Part shown: positions 1 to 13,100 of the stretch, piece after piece | Layout: each line of letters begins with the position of its first letter | Numbering within the stretch: position 1 is the stretch's first letter | DNA from: Eledone cirrhosa | Taxonomy: Eukaryota | Direction: 5' to 3' | NCBI GenBank assembly: GCA_964016885.1 | Contig: OZ024742.1 | Coordinates: forward strand, 62,992,001-63,056,000 | Length of the DNA stretch: 64,000 nt | The notes under the pieces: generated by a model | Told to the model about the DNA's origin: nothing | Databases searched by the model: none | Seen by the model: the letters and a program-made list of their open reading frames with translations, nothing else | Position numbers and translations under genes: made by a program

Positions 1-3000
1 TCTCTTAACTTCTTACTACCTGTCTCTCTATCAGTCTGTCTTCTCTTAACTTCTTACTACATGTCTCTCTGTCAGTCTGTCTTCTCTTAACTTCTTACTA
101 CCTGTCTCTCTGTCAGTCTGTCTTCTCTTAACTTCTTACTACCTGTCTCTCTGTCAGTCTGTCATCTCTTAACTTCTTACTACCTGTCTCTCTGTCAGTC
201 TGTGTTCTCTTAACTCCTTACTACCTGCCTCTCTGTCAGTCTTTCATCTCTTAACTTCTTACTACCTGTCTCTCTGTCAGTCTGTCTTCTCTTAACTTCT
301 TACTACATGTCACTCTGTCAGTCTGTCTTCTCTTAATTTCTTACTACCTGTCTCTCGGTCAGTCTTTCATCTCTTAACTTCTTACTACCTGTCTCTCTGT
401 CAGTCTGTCTTCACTTAACTTCTTACTACCTGTCTCTCTGTCAGTCTGTCATCACTTAACTTTTTACTATTTGTCTCTCTTTCAGTCTCTCTTCTCTTAA
501 CTTCTTACTACCTGTCTCTCGGACAGTCTTTCATCTCTTAACTTCTTACTACCTGTCTCTCTGTCAGTCTGTCTTCTCTTAACTTCTTACTACCTGTCTC
601 TCTGTCAGTCTGTCTTCTCTTAACTTCTTACTACATGTCTCTCTGTCAGTCTGTCTTTTCTTAACTCCTTTCTACCTGTCTCTCCGTCAGTCTTTCATCT
701 CTTAACTTCTTACTACCTGTCTCTCTGTAAGTCTGTCATCTCTTAACTTCTTACTACCTGTCTCTCTGTCAGTCTGTCTTCTATTAACTTCTTACTACCT
801 GTCTCTCTGTCAGTCTGTCATCTCTTAACTTCTTACTACCTGTGTCTCTGTCAGTCTGTCATATCTTAACTTCTTACTACCTGTCTCTGTGTCAGTCTGT
901 CTTCTCTTAACTTCTTGCTACATGTCTCTCTGTCAGTCTGTCTTCTCTTAACTTCTTACTACCTGTCTCTCTGTCAGTCTGTCATCTCTTAACTTCTTAC
1001 TATCTGTCTCTCTGTCAGTCTGTCTTCTCTTAACTTCTTACTACCTGTTTCTCTGTCAGTCTGTCGTCTCTTAACTTCTTACTACCTGTCTCTCTGTCAG
1101 TCTGTCATCTCTTAACTACTTACTATCTGTCTCTCTGTCAGTCTGTGTTCTCTTAACTCCTTACTACCTGCCTCTCTGTCAGTCTTTCATCTCTTAACTT
1201 CTTACTACCTGTCTCTCTGTCAGTCTGTCTTCTCTTAACTTCTTACTACATGTCTCTCTGTCAGTCTGTCTTCTCTTAACTTCTTACTACCTGTCTCTCG
1301 GTCAGTCTTTCATCTCTTAACTTCTTACTACCTGTCTCTCTGTCAGTCTGTCTTTACTTAACTTCTTACTACCTGTCTCACTGTCAGTCTGTCATCTCTT
1401 AACTTCTTACTACCTGTCTCTCTGTCAGTCTGTCTTCTATTAACTTCTTACTACCTGTCTCTCTGTCAGTCTGTCTTCTCTTAACTTCTTACTACCTGTC
1501 TCTCTGTCAGTCTGTCATCTCTTAACTTCTTACTACCTGTCTCTTTGTCTGTCTGTCTTCTCTTAACTTCTTACTACCTGTCTCTCTGTCAGTCTGTCAT
1601 CTCTTAACTTCTTACTATCTGTCTCTCTGTCAGTCTGTCTTCTCTTAACTTCTTACTACCTGTCTCTCTGTCAGTCTGTCATCTCTTAACTTCTTAGTAC
1701 CTGTCTCTCAGTCAGTCTGTCTTCTCTTAACTTCTTACTACCTGTCTCTCTGACAGTCTGTCATCTCTTAACTTCTTACTACCTGTCTCTCTGTCAGTCT
1801 GTCATCTCTTAACTTCTTACTACCTGTCTCTCTGTCAGTCTGTCTTCTCTTAACTACTTACTATCTGTCTCTCTGTCAGTCTGTGTTCTCTTAACTCCTT
1901 ACTACCTGCCTCTCTGTCAGTCTGTCTTCTCTTAACTTCTTACTACCTGTCTCTCTGTCAGTCTGTCATCTCTTTACTTCTTACAACCTGTCTCTCAGTC
2001 AGTCTGTCATCTCTTAACTTTTTACTATTTGTCTCTCTTTCAGTCTCTCTTCTCTTAACTTCTTACTACCTGTCTCTCGGACAGTCTTTCATCTCTTAAC
2101 TTCTTACTACCTGTCTCTCTGTCAGTCTGTCTTCACTTAACTTCTTACTACCTGTCTCACTGTCAGTCTGTCATCTCTTAACTTCTTACTACCTGTCTCT
2201 CTGTCAGTCTGTCTTCTATTAACTTCTTACTACCTGTCTCTCTGTCAGTCTGTCTTCTCTTAACTTCTTACTACATGTCTCTCTGTCAGTCTGTCATCTC
2301 TTAACTTCTTACTATTTGTCTCTCTGTCAGTCTGTCTTCTCTTAACTTCTTACTACCTGCCTCTCTGTCAGTCTGTCATCTCTTAACTTCTTACTATCTG
2401 TCTCTCTGTCAGTCTGTCTTCTCTTAACTTCTTACTACCTGTCTCTCTGTCAGTCTGTCTTCTCTTAACTTCTTAATACCTGTCTCTCTGTCAGTCTGTC
2501 ATCTCTTAACTTCTTAGTATCTGTCTCTCTGTCAGTCTGTCTTCTCTTAACTTCTTACTACCTGCCTCTCTATCAGTCTTTCATCTCTTAACTTCTTACT
2601 ACCTGTCTCTCTGTCAGTCTGTCATCTCTTAACTTCTTACTATCGGTCTCTCTGTCAGTCTGTCTTCTCTTAACTTCTTACTACCTGTCTCTCTGTCAGT
2701 CTGTCTTCTCTTAACTTCTTACAATCTGTCTCTCTATCAGTCTGTCATCGCTTAACTTCTTACTACCTGTCTCTTTGTTTGTCTGTCTTCACTTAACTTC
2801 TTACTACCTGTCTCTCTGTCAGTCTGTCATCTCTTAACTTCTTACTATCTGTCTCTCTGACAGTCTGTCTTCTCTTAACTTCTTACTACCTGTCTCTCTG
2901 TCAGTCTGTCATCTCTTAACTTCTAACTACCTGTCTCTCTGTCAGTCTGTCATCTCTTAACTTCTTACTACCTGTCTGGTCTGTCAGTCTGTCTTCTCTA

Positions 3001-5540
3001 AACTTCTTACTACATGTCTCTCTGTCAGTCTGTCTTCTCTTAACTTCTTACTACCTGTCTCTCTGTCAGTCTGTCTTCTCTTAACTTCTTACTGCCTGTC
3101 TCTCTGTCAGTCTGTCATCTCTTAACTACTTACTATCTGTCTCTCTGTCAGTCTGTGTTCTCTTAACTCCTTACTACCTGCCTCTCTGTCAGTCTGTCAA
3201 CTCTTAACTTCTTACTACCTGTCTCTCTGTCAGTCTGTCTTCTCTTAACTTCTTACTACCTGTCTCTCTGTCAGTCTGTCATCTCTTAACTTCTTACTAC
3301 ATGTCTCTCTGTCAGTCTGTGTTCTCTTAACCTCTTACTACCTGTCTCTCTGTCAGTCTGTCATCTCTTAACTTCTTACTACCTGTCTCTCTATCAGTCT
3401 GTCTTCTCTTAACTTCTTACTACATGTCTCTCTGTCAGTCTGTCTTCTCTTAACTTCTTACTACCTGTCTCTCTGTCAGTCTGTCTTCTCTTAACTTCTT
3501 ACTACCTGTCTCTCTGTCAGTCTGTCATCTCTTAACTTCTTACTACCTGTCTCTCTGTCAGTCTGTGTTCTCTTAACTCCTTACTACCTGCCTCTCTGTC
3601 AGTCTTTCATCTCTTAACTTCTTACTACCTGTCTCTCTGTCAGTCTGTCTTCTCTTAACTTCTTACTACATGTCACTCTGTCAGTCTGTCTTCTCTTAAT
3701 TTCTTACTACCTGTCTCTCGGTCAGTCTTTCATCTCTTAACTTCTTACTACCTGTCTCTCTGTCAGTCTGTCTTCACTTAACTTCTTACTACCTGTCTCT
3801 CTGTCAGTCTGTCATCACTTAACTTTTTACTATTTGTCTCTCTTTCAGTCTCTCTTCTCTTAACTTCTTACTACCTGTCTCTCGGACAGTCTTTCATCTC
3901 TTAACTTCTTACTACCTGTCTCTCTGTCAGTCTGTCTTCTCTTAACTTCTTACTACCTGTCTCACTGTCAGTCTGTCATCTTTTAACTTCTTACTACCTG
4001 TCTCTCTGTCAGTCTGTCTTCTCTTAACTTCTTACTACATGTCTCTCTGTCAGTCTGTCTTTTCTTAACTTCTTTCTACCTGTCTCTCCGTCAGTCTTTC
4101 ATCTCTTAACTTCTTACTACCTGTCTCTCTGTAAGTCTGTCATCTCTTAACTTCTTACTACCTGTCTCTCTGTCAGTCTGTCTTCTATTAACTTCTTACT
4201 ACCTGTCTCTCTGTCAGTCTGTCATCTCTTAACTTCTTACTACCTGTGTCTCTGTCAGTCTGTCATATCTTAACTTCTTACTACCTGTCTCTGTGTCAGT
4301 CTGTCTTCTCTTAACTTCTTGCTACATGTCTCTCTGTCAGTCTGTCTTCTCTTAACTTCTTACTACCTGTCTCTCTGTCAGTCTGTCATCTCTTAACTTC
4401 TTACTATCTGTCTCTCTGTCAGTCTGTCTTCTCTTAACTTCTTACTACCTGTTTCTCTGTCAGTCTGTCGTCTCTTAACTTCTTACTACCTGTCTCTCTG
4501 TCAGTCTGTCATCTCTTAACTACTTACTATCTGTCTCTCTGTCAGTCTGTGTTCTCTTAACTCCTTACTACCTGCCTCTCTGTCAGTCTTTCATCTCTTA
4601 ACTTCTTACTACCTGTCTCTCTGTCAGTCTGTCTTCTCTTAACTTCTTACTACATGTCTCTCTGTCAGTCTGTCTTCTCTTAACTTCTTACTACCTGTCT
4701 CTCGGTCAGTCTTTCATCTCTTAACTTCTTACTACCTGTCTCTCTGTCAGTCTGTCTTTACTTAACTTCTTACTACCTGTCTCACTGTCAGTCTGTCATC
4801 TCTTAACTTCTTACTACCTGTCTCTCTGTCAGTCTGTCTTCTATTAACTTCTTACTACCTGTCTCTCTGTCAGTCTGTCTTCTCTTAACTTCTTACTACC
4901 TGTCTCTCTGTCAGTCTGTCATCTCTTAACTTCTTACTACCTGTCTCTTTGTCTGTCTGTCTTCTCTTAACTTCTTACTACCTGTCTCTCTGTCAGTCTG
5001 TCATCTCTTAACTTCTTACTATCTGTCTCTCTGTCAGTCTGTCTTCTCTTAACTTCTTACTACCTGTCTCTCTGTCAGTCTGTCATCTCTTAACTTCTTA
5101 GTACCTGTCTCTCAGTCAGTCTGTCTTCTCTTAACTTCTTACTACCTGTCTCTCTGACAGTCTGTCATCTCTTAACTTCTTACTACCTGTCTCTCTGTCA
5201 GTCTGTCATCTCTTAACTTCTTACTACCTGTCTCTCTGTCAGTCTGTCTTCTCTTAACTACTTACTATCTGTCTCTCTGTCAGTCTGTGTTCTCTTAACT
5301 CCTTACTACCTGCCTCTCTGTCAGTCTGTCTTCTCTTAACTTCTTACTACCTGTCTCTCTGTCAGTCTGTCATCTCTTTACTTCTTACAACCTGTCTCTC
5401 AGTCAGTCTGTCATCTCTTAACTTTTTACTATTTGTCTCTCTTTCAGTCTCTCTTCTCTTAACTTCTTACTACCTGTCTCTCGGACAGTCTTTCATCTCT
5501 TAACTTCTTACTACCTGTCTCTCTGTCAGTCTGTCTTCTC
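1..5540. repeat. Block duplication: about 1-2130 recurs at about 3364-5540 (82-83 monomer offset)
   Basis: CTCTATCAG A at 30/3393 (offset 3363=82x41+1); GTAAG at 729/4133 and CGGAC at 2079/5483 (offset 3404=83x41+1); TGTGTCTCTG at about 841/4245. Confidence 0.85.
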
Positions 5541-8500
5541 TTAACTTCTTACTACCTGTCTCACTGTCAGTCTGTCATCTCTTAACTTCTTACTACCTGT
5601 CTCTCTGTCAGTCTGTCTTCTCTTAACTTCTTACTACATGTCTCTCTGTCAGTCTGTCTTCTCTTAACTTCTTACTACATGTCTCTCTGTCAGTCTTTCA
5701 TCGCTTAACTTCTTACTACCTGTCTCTCTGTCAGTCTGTCATATCTTAACTTCTTACTACCTGTCTCTGTGTCAGTCTGTCTTCTCTTAACTTCTTGCTA
5801 CATGTCTCTCTGTCAGTCTGTCTTCTCTTAACTTCTTACTACCTGTCTCTCTGTCAGTCTGTCTTCTCTTAAGTTCTTACTACATGTCTCTCTGTCAGTC
5901 TGTCTTCTCTTAACTTCTTACTACCTGTCTCTCTGTCAGTCTGTCGTCTCTTAACTTCTTACTACCTGTCTCTCTGTCAGTCTGTCTTCTCTTAACTTCT
6001 TACTACCTGTCTCTCTGTCAGTCTGTCTTCTATTAACTTCTTACTACCTGTCTCTCTGTCAGTCTGTCATCTCTTAACTACTTACTATCTGTCTCTCTGT
6101 CAGTCTGTGTTCTCTTAACTCCTTACTACCTGCCTCTCTGTCAGTCTTTCATCTCTTAACTTCTTACTACCTGTCTCTCTGTCAGTCTGTCTTCTCTTAA
6201 CTTCTTACTACATGTCTCTCTGTCAGTCTGTCTTCTCTTAACTTCTTACTACCTGTCTCTCGGTCAGTCTTTCATCTCTTAACCTCTTACTACCTGTCTC
6301 TCTGTCAGTCTGTCTTCACTTAACTTCTTACTACCTGTCTCACTGTCAGTCTGTCATCTCTTAACTTCTTACTACCTGTCTCTCTGTCAGTCTGTCTTCT
6401 ATTAACTTCTTACTACCTGTCTCTCTGTCAGTCTGTCTTCTCTTAACTTCTTACTACATGTCTCTCTGTCAGTCTGTCATCTCTTAACTTCTTACTATTT
6501 GTCTCTCTGTCAGTCTGTCTTCTCTTAACTTCTTACTACCTGCCTCTCTGTCAGTCTGTCATCTCTTAACTTCTTACTATCTGTCTCTCTGTCAGTCTGT
6601 CTTCTCTTAACTTCTTACTACCTGTCTCTCTGTCAGTCTGTCTTCTCTTAACTTCTTAATACCTGTCTCTCTGTCAGTCTGTCATCTCTTAACTTCTTAG
6701 TATCTGTCTCTCTGTCAGTCTGTCTTCTCTTAACTTTTTACTACCTGCCTCTCTATCAGTCTGTCATCTCTTAACTTCTTACTACCTGTCTCTCTGTCAG
6801 TCTGTCTTCTCTTAACTTCTTACTACCTGTCCCTCTGTCAGTCTGTCTTCTCTTAACTTCTTACAATCTGTCTCTCTATCAGTCTGTCATCGCTTAACTT
6901 CTTACTACCTGTCTCTTTGTTTGTCTGTCTTCTCTTAACTTCTTACTACCTGTCTCTCTGTCAGTCTGTCATCTCTTAACTTCTTACTACCTGTCTCTCT
7001 GTCAGTCTGTCATCTCTTAACTACTTACTATCTGTCTCTCTGTCAGTCTGTGTTCTCTTAACTCCTTACTACCTGCCTCTCTGTCAGTCTTTCATCTCTT
7101 AACTTCTTACTACCTGTCTCTCTGTCAGTCTGTCTTCTCTTAACTTCTTACTACATGTCTCTCTGTCAGTCTGTCTTCTCTTAACTTCTTACTACCTGTC
7201 TCTCGGTCAGTCTTTCATCTCTTAACTTCTTACTACCTGTCTCTCTGTCAGTCTGTCTTTACTTAACTTCTTACTACCTGTCTCACTGTCAGTCTGCAAT
7301 CTCTTAACTTCTTACTACCTGTCTCTCTGTCAGTCTGTCTTCTATTAACTTCTTACTACCTGTCTCTCTGTCAGTCTGTCTTCTCTTAACTTCTTACTAC
7401 CTGTCTCTCTGTCAGTCTGTCATCTCTTAACTTCTTACTACCTGTCTCTTTGTCTGTCTGTCTTCTCTTAACTTCTTACTACCTGTCTCTCTGTCAGTCT
7501 GTCATCTCTTAACTTCTTACTATCTGTCTCTCTGTCAGTCTGTCTTCTCTTAACTTCTTACTACCTGTCTCTCTGTCAGTCTGTCATCTCTTAACTTCTT
7601 AGTACCTGTCTCTCAGTCAGTCTGTCTTCTCTTAACTTCTTACTACCTGTCTCTCTGACAGTCTGTCATCTCTTAACTTCTTACTACCTGTCTCTCTGTC
7701 AGTCTGTCATCTCTTAACTTCTTACTACCTGTCTCTCTGTCAGTCTGTCTTCTCTTAACTACTTACTATCTGTCTCTCTGTCAGTCTGTGTTCTCTTAAC
7801 TCCTTACTACCTGCCTCTCTGTCAGTCTGTCTTCTCTTAACTTCTTACTACCTGTCTCTCTGTCAGTCTGTCATCTCTTTACTTCTTACAACCTGTCTCT
7901 CAGTCAGTCTGTCATCTCTTAACTTTTTACTATTTGTCTCTCTTTCAGTCTCTCTTCTCTTAACTTCTTACTACCTGTCTCTCGGACAGTCTTTCATCTC
8001 TTAACTTCTTACTACCTGTCTCTCTGTCAGTCTGTCTTCTCTTAACTTCTTACTACCTGTCTCACTGTCAGTCTGTCATCTCTTAACTTCTTACTACCTG
8101 TCTCTCTGTCAGTCTGTCTTCTCTTAACTTCTTACTACATGTCTCTCTGTCAGTCTGTCTTCTCTTAACTTCTTACTACATGTCTCTCTGTCAGTCTTTC
8201 ATCGCTTAACTTCTTACTACCTGTCTCTCTGTCAGTCTGTCATCTCTTAACTTCTTACTACCTGTCTCTGTGTCAGTCTGTCTTCTCTTAACTTCTTGCT
8301 ACATGTCTCTCTGTCAGTCTGTCTTCTCTTAACTTCTTACTACCTGTCTCTCTGTCAGTCTGTCTTCTCTTAAGTTCTTACTACATGTCTCTCTGTCAGT
8401 CTGTCTTCTCTTAACTTCTTACTACCTGTCTCTCTGTCAGTCTGTCGTCTCTTAACTTCTTACTACCTGTCTCTCTGTCAGTCTGTCATCTCTTAACTAC

Positions 8501-9500
8501 TTACTATCTGTCTCTCTGTCAGTCTGTCTTCTCTTAACTTCTTACTACCTGTCTCTCTGTCAGTCTGTCTTCTATTAACTTCTTACTACCTGTCTCTCTG
8601 TCAGTCTGTCATCTCTTAACTACTTACTATCTGTCTCTCTGTCAGTCTGTGTTCTCTTAACTCCTTACTACCTGCCTCTCTGTCAGTCTTTCATCTCTTA
8701 ACTTCTTACTACCTGTCTCTCTGTCAGTCTGTCTTCTCTTAACTTCTTACTACATGTCTCTCTGTCAGTCTGTCTTCTCTTAACTTCTTACTACCTGTCT
8801 CTCGGTCAGTTTTTCATCTCTTAACCTCTTACTACCTGTCTCTCTGTCAGTCTGTCTTCACTTAACTTCTTACTACCTGTCTCACTGTCAGTCTGTCATC
8901 TCTTAACTTCTTACTACCTGTCTCTCTGTCAGTCTGTCTTCTATTAACTTCTTACTACCTGTCTCTCTGTCAGTCTGTCTTCTCTTAACTTCTTACTACA
9001 TGTCTCTCTGTCAGTCTGTCATCTCTTAACTTCTTACTATTTGTCTCTCTGTCAGTCTGTCTTCTCTTAACTTCTTACTACCTGCCTCTCTGTCAGTCTG
9101 TCATCTCTTAACTTCTTACTATCTGTCTCTCTGTCAGTCTGTCTTCTCTTAACTTCTTACTACCTGTCTCTCTGTCAGTCTGTCTTCTCTTAACTTCTTA
9201 ATACCTGTCTCTCTGTCAGTCTGTCATCTCTTAACTTCTTAGTATCTGTCTCTCTGTCAGTCTGTCTTCTCTTAACTTTTTACTACCTGCCTCTCTATCA
9301 GTCTGTCATCTCTTAACTTCTTACTACCTGTCTCTCTGTCAGTCTGTCTTCTCTTAACTTCTTACTACCTGTCCCTCTGTCAGTCTGTCTTCTCTTAACT
9401 TCTTACAATCTGTCTCTCTATCAGTCTGTCATCGCTTAACTTCTTACTACCTGTCTCTTTGTTTGTCTGTCTTCTCTTAACTTCTTACTACCTGTCTCTC
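4500..9500. repeat. Tandem block duplication of 61-62 monomers (about 4500-6960 / 7000-9500)
   Basis: TCTTTA A at 4760/7261 and TAAGTT G at 5873/8374 (offset 2501=61x41); GTCCCT at 6831/9373 (offset 2542=62x41). Confidence 0.88.
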
Positions 9501-10149
9501 TGTCAGTCTGTCATCTCTTAACTTCTTACTATCTGTCTCTCTGACAGTCTGTCTTCTCTTAACTTCTTACTACCTGTCTCTCTGTCAGTCTGTCATCTCT
9601 TAACTTCTAACTACCTGTCTCTCTGTCAGTCTGTCATCTCTTAACTTCTTACTACCTGTCTCTCTGCCAGTCTGTCTTCTCTTAACTTCTTACTGCCTGT
9701 CTCTCTGTCAGTCTGTCATCTCTTAACTACTTACTATCTGTCTCTCTGTCAGTCTGTGTTCTCTTAACTCCTTACTACCTGCCTCTCTGTCAGTCTGTCA
9801 ACTCTTAACTTCTTACTACCTGTCTCTCTGTCAGTCTGTCTTCTCTTAACTTCTTACTACCTGTCTCTCTGTCAGTCTGTCATCTCTTAACTTCTTACTA
9901 CATGTCTCTCTGTCAGTCTGTGTTCTCTTAACCTCTTACTACCTGTCTCTCTGTCAGTCTGTCATCTCTTAACTTCTTACTACCTGTCTCTCTGTCAGTC
10001 TGTCTTCTCTTAACTTCTTACTACATGTCTCTCTGTCAGTCTGTCTTCTCTTAACTTCTTACTACCTGTCTCTCTGTCAGTCTGTCTTCTCTTAACTTCT
10101 TACTACCTGTCTCTCTGTCAGTCTGTCATCTCTTAACTTCTTACTACCT

Positions 10150-13100
10150 GTCTCTCTGTCAGTCTGTGTTCTCTTAACTCCTTACTACCTGCCTCTCTGT
10201 CAGTCTTTCATCTCTTAACTTCTTACTACCTGTCTCTCTGTCAGTCTGTCTTCTCTTAACTTCGTACTACATGTCACTCTGTCAGTCCGTCTTATCTTAA
10301 TTTCTTACTACCTGTCTCTCGGTCAGTCTTTCATCTCTTAACTTCTTACTACCTGTCTCTCTGTCAGTCTGTCTTCACTTAACTTCTTACTACCTGTCTC
10401 TCTGTCAGTCTGTCATCACTTAACTTTTTACTATTTGTCTCTCTTTCAGTCTCTCTTCTCTTAACTTCTTACTACCTGTCTCTCGGACAGTCTTTCATCT
10501 CTTAACTTCTTACTACCTGTCACTCTGTCAGTCTGTCTTCTCTTAACTTCTTACTACCTGTCTCACTGTCAGTCTGTCATCTTTTAACTTCTTACTACCT
10601 GTCTCTCTGTCAGTCTGTCTTCTCTTAACTTCTTACTACATGTCTCTCTGTCAGTCTGTCTTTTCTTAACTTCTTTCTACCTGTCTCTCCGTCAGTCTTT
10701 CATCTCTTAACTTCTTACTACCTGTCTCTCTGTAAGTCTGTCATCTCTTAACTTCTTACTACCTGTCTCTCTGTCAGTCTGTCTTCTATTAACTTCTTAC
10801 TACCTGTCTCTCTGTCAGTCTGTCATCTCTTAACTTCTTACTACCTGTCTCTCTGTCAGTCTGTCATATCTTAACTTCTTACTACCTGTCTCTGTGTCAG
10901 TCTGTCTTCTCTTAACTTCTTGCTACATGTCTCTCTGTCAGTCTGTCTTCTCTTAACTTCTTACTACCTGTCTCTCTGTCAGTCTGTCTTCACTTAACTT
11001 CTTACTATCTGCCTCTCTGTCAGTCTGTCATCTCTTAACTTCTTACTACCTGTCTCTCTGTCAGTCTGTCTTCTCTTAACTTCTTACTACCTGTCTCTCT
11101 GTCAGTCTCTCTTCTCTTAACTTCTTACTACCTGTCTCTCAGTCAGTCTGTCATCTCTTAACTTTTTACTATCTGTCTCTCATTCAGTCTCTCTTCTCTT
11201 AACTTCTTACTACCTGTCTCTCAGTCAGTCTGTCTTCTCTTAACTTCTTACTACCTGTCTCTCTGTCAGTCTGTCATCTCTTAACTTCTTACTACCTGTC
11301 TCTCTGTCAGTCTGTCATCTCTTAACTTCTTACTACCTGGCTCTCTGTCAGTCTGTCTTCTCTTAACTTCTTACTACCTGTCTCTCAGTCAGTCTGTCAT
11401 CTCTTAACTTTTTACTATCTGTCTCTCATTCAGTCTCTCTTCTCTTAACTTCTTACTACCTGTCTCTCAGTCAGTCTGTCTTCTCTTAACTTCTTACTAC
11501 CTGTCTCTCTGTCAGTCTGTCATCTCTTAACTTCTTACTACCTGTCTCTCTGTCAGTCTGTCATCTCTTTACTTCTTACTACCTGTCTCTCAGTCAGTCT
11601 GTCATCTCTTAACTTTTTACTATTTGTCTCTCTTTCAGTCTCTCTTCTCTTAACTTCTTACTACCTGTCTCTCGGACAGTCTTTCATCTCTTAACTTCTT
11701 ACTACCTGTCTCTCTGTCAGTCTGTCTTCTCTTAACTTCTTACTACCTGTCTCACTGTCAGTCTGTCATCTCTTAACTTCTTACTACCTGTCTCTCTGTC
11801 AGTCTGTCTTCTCTTAACTTCTTACTACATGTCTCTCTGTCAGTCTCTCTTCTCTTAACTTCTTACTACATGTCTCTCTGTCAGTCTTTCATCGCTTAAC
11901 TTCTTACTACCTGTCTCTCTGTCAGTCTGTCATCTCTTAACTTCTTACTACCTGTCTCTGTGTCAGTCTGTCTTCTCTTAACTTCTTGCTACATGTCTCT
12001 CTGTCAGTCTGTCTTCTCTTAACTTCTTACTACCTGTCTCTCTGTCAGTCTGTCTTCTCTTAAGTTCTTACTACATGTCTCTCTGTCAGTCTGTCTTCTC
12101 TAACTTCTTACTACCTGTCTCTCTGTCAGTCTGTCGTCTCTTAACTTCTTACTACCTGTCTCTCTGTCAGTCTGTCATCTCTTAACTACTTACTATCTGT
12201 CTCTCTGTCAGTCTGTCTTCTCTTAACTTCTTACTACCTGTCTCTCTGTCAGTCTGTCTTCTCTTAACTTCTTACTACCTGTCTCTCTGTCAGTTTGTCA
12301 TCTCTTAACTACTTACTATCTGTCTCTCTGTCAGTCTGTGTTCTCTTAACTCCTTACTACCTGCCTCTCTGTCAGTCTTTCATCTCTTAACTTCTTACTA
12401 CCTGTCTCTCTGTCAGTCTGTCTTCTCTTAACTTCTTACTACCTGTCTCACTGTCAGTCTGTCATCTCTTAACTTCTTACTACCTGTCTCTCTGTCAGTC
12501 TGTCTTCTCTTAACTTCTTACTACATGTCTCTCTGTCAGTCTCTCTTCTCTTAACCTCTTACTACATGTCTCTCTGTCAGTCTGTCTTCACTTAACTTCT
12601 TACTACCTCTCTCACTGTCAGTCTGTCATCTCTTAACTTCTTACTACCTGTCTCTCTGTCAGTCTGTCTTCTATTAACTTCTTACTACCTGTCTCTCTGT
12701 CAGTCTGTCTTCTCTTAACTTCTTACTACATGTCTCTCTGTCAGTCTGTCATCTCTTAACTTCTTACTATTTGTCTCTCTGTCAGTCTGTCTTCTCTTAA
12801 CTTCTTACTACCTGCCTCTCTATCAGTCTGTCATCTCTTAACTTCTTACTACCTGTCTCTCTGTCAGTCTGTCATCTCTTAACTTCTTACTATCTGTCTC
12901 TCTGTCAGTCTGTCTTCTCTTAACTTCTTACTACCTGTCTCTCTGTCAGTCTGTCTTCTCTTAACTTCTTAATACCTGTCTCTCTGTCAGTCTGTCATCT
13001 CTTAACTTCTTAGTATCTGTCTCTCTGTCAGTCTGTCTTCTCTTAACTTCTTACTACCTGCCTCTCTATCAGTCTGTCATCTCTTAACTTCTTACTACCT

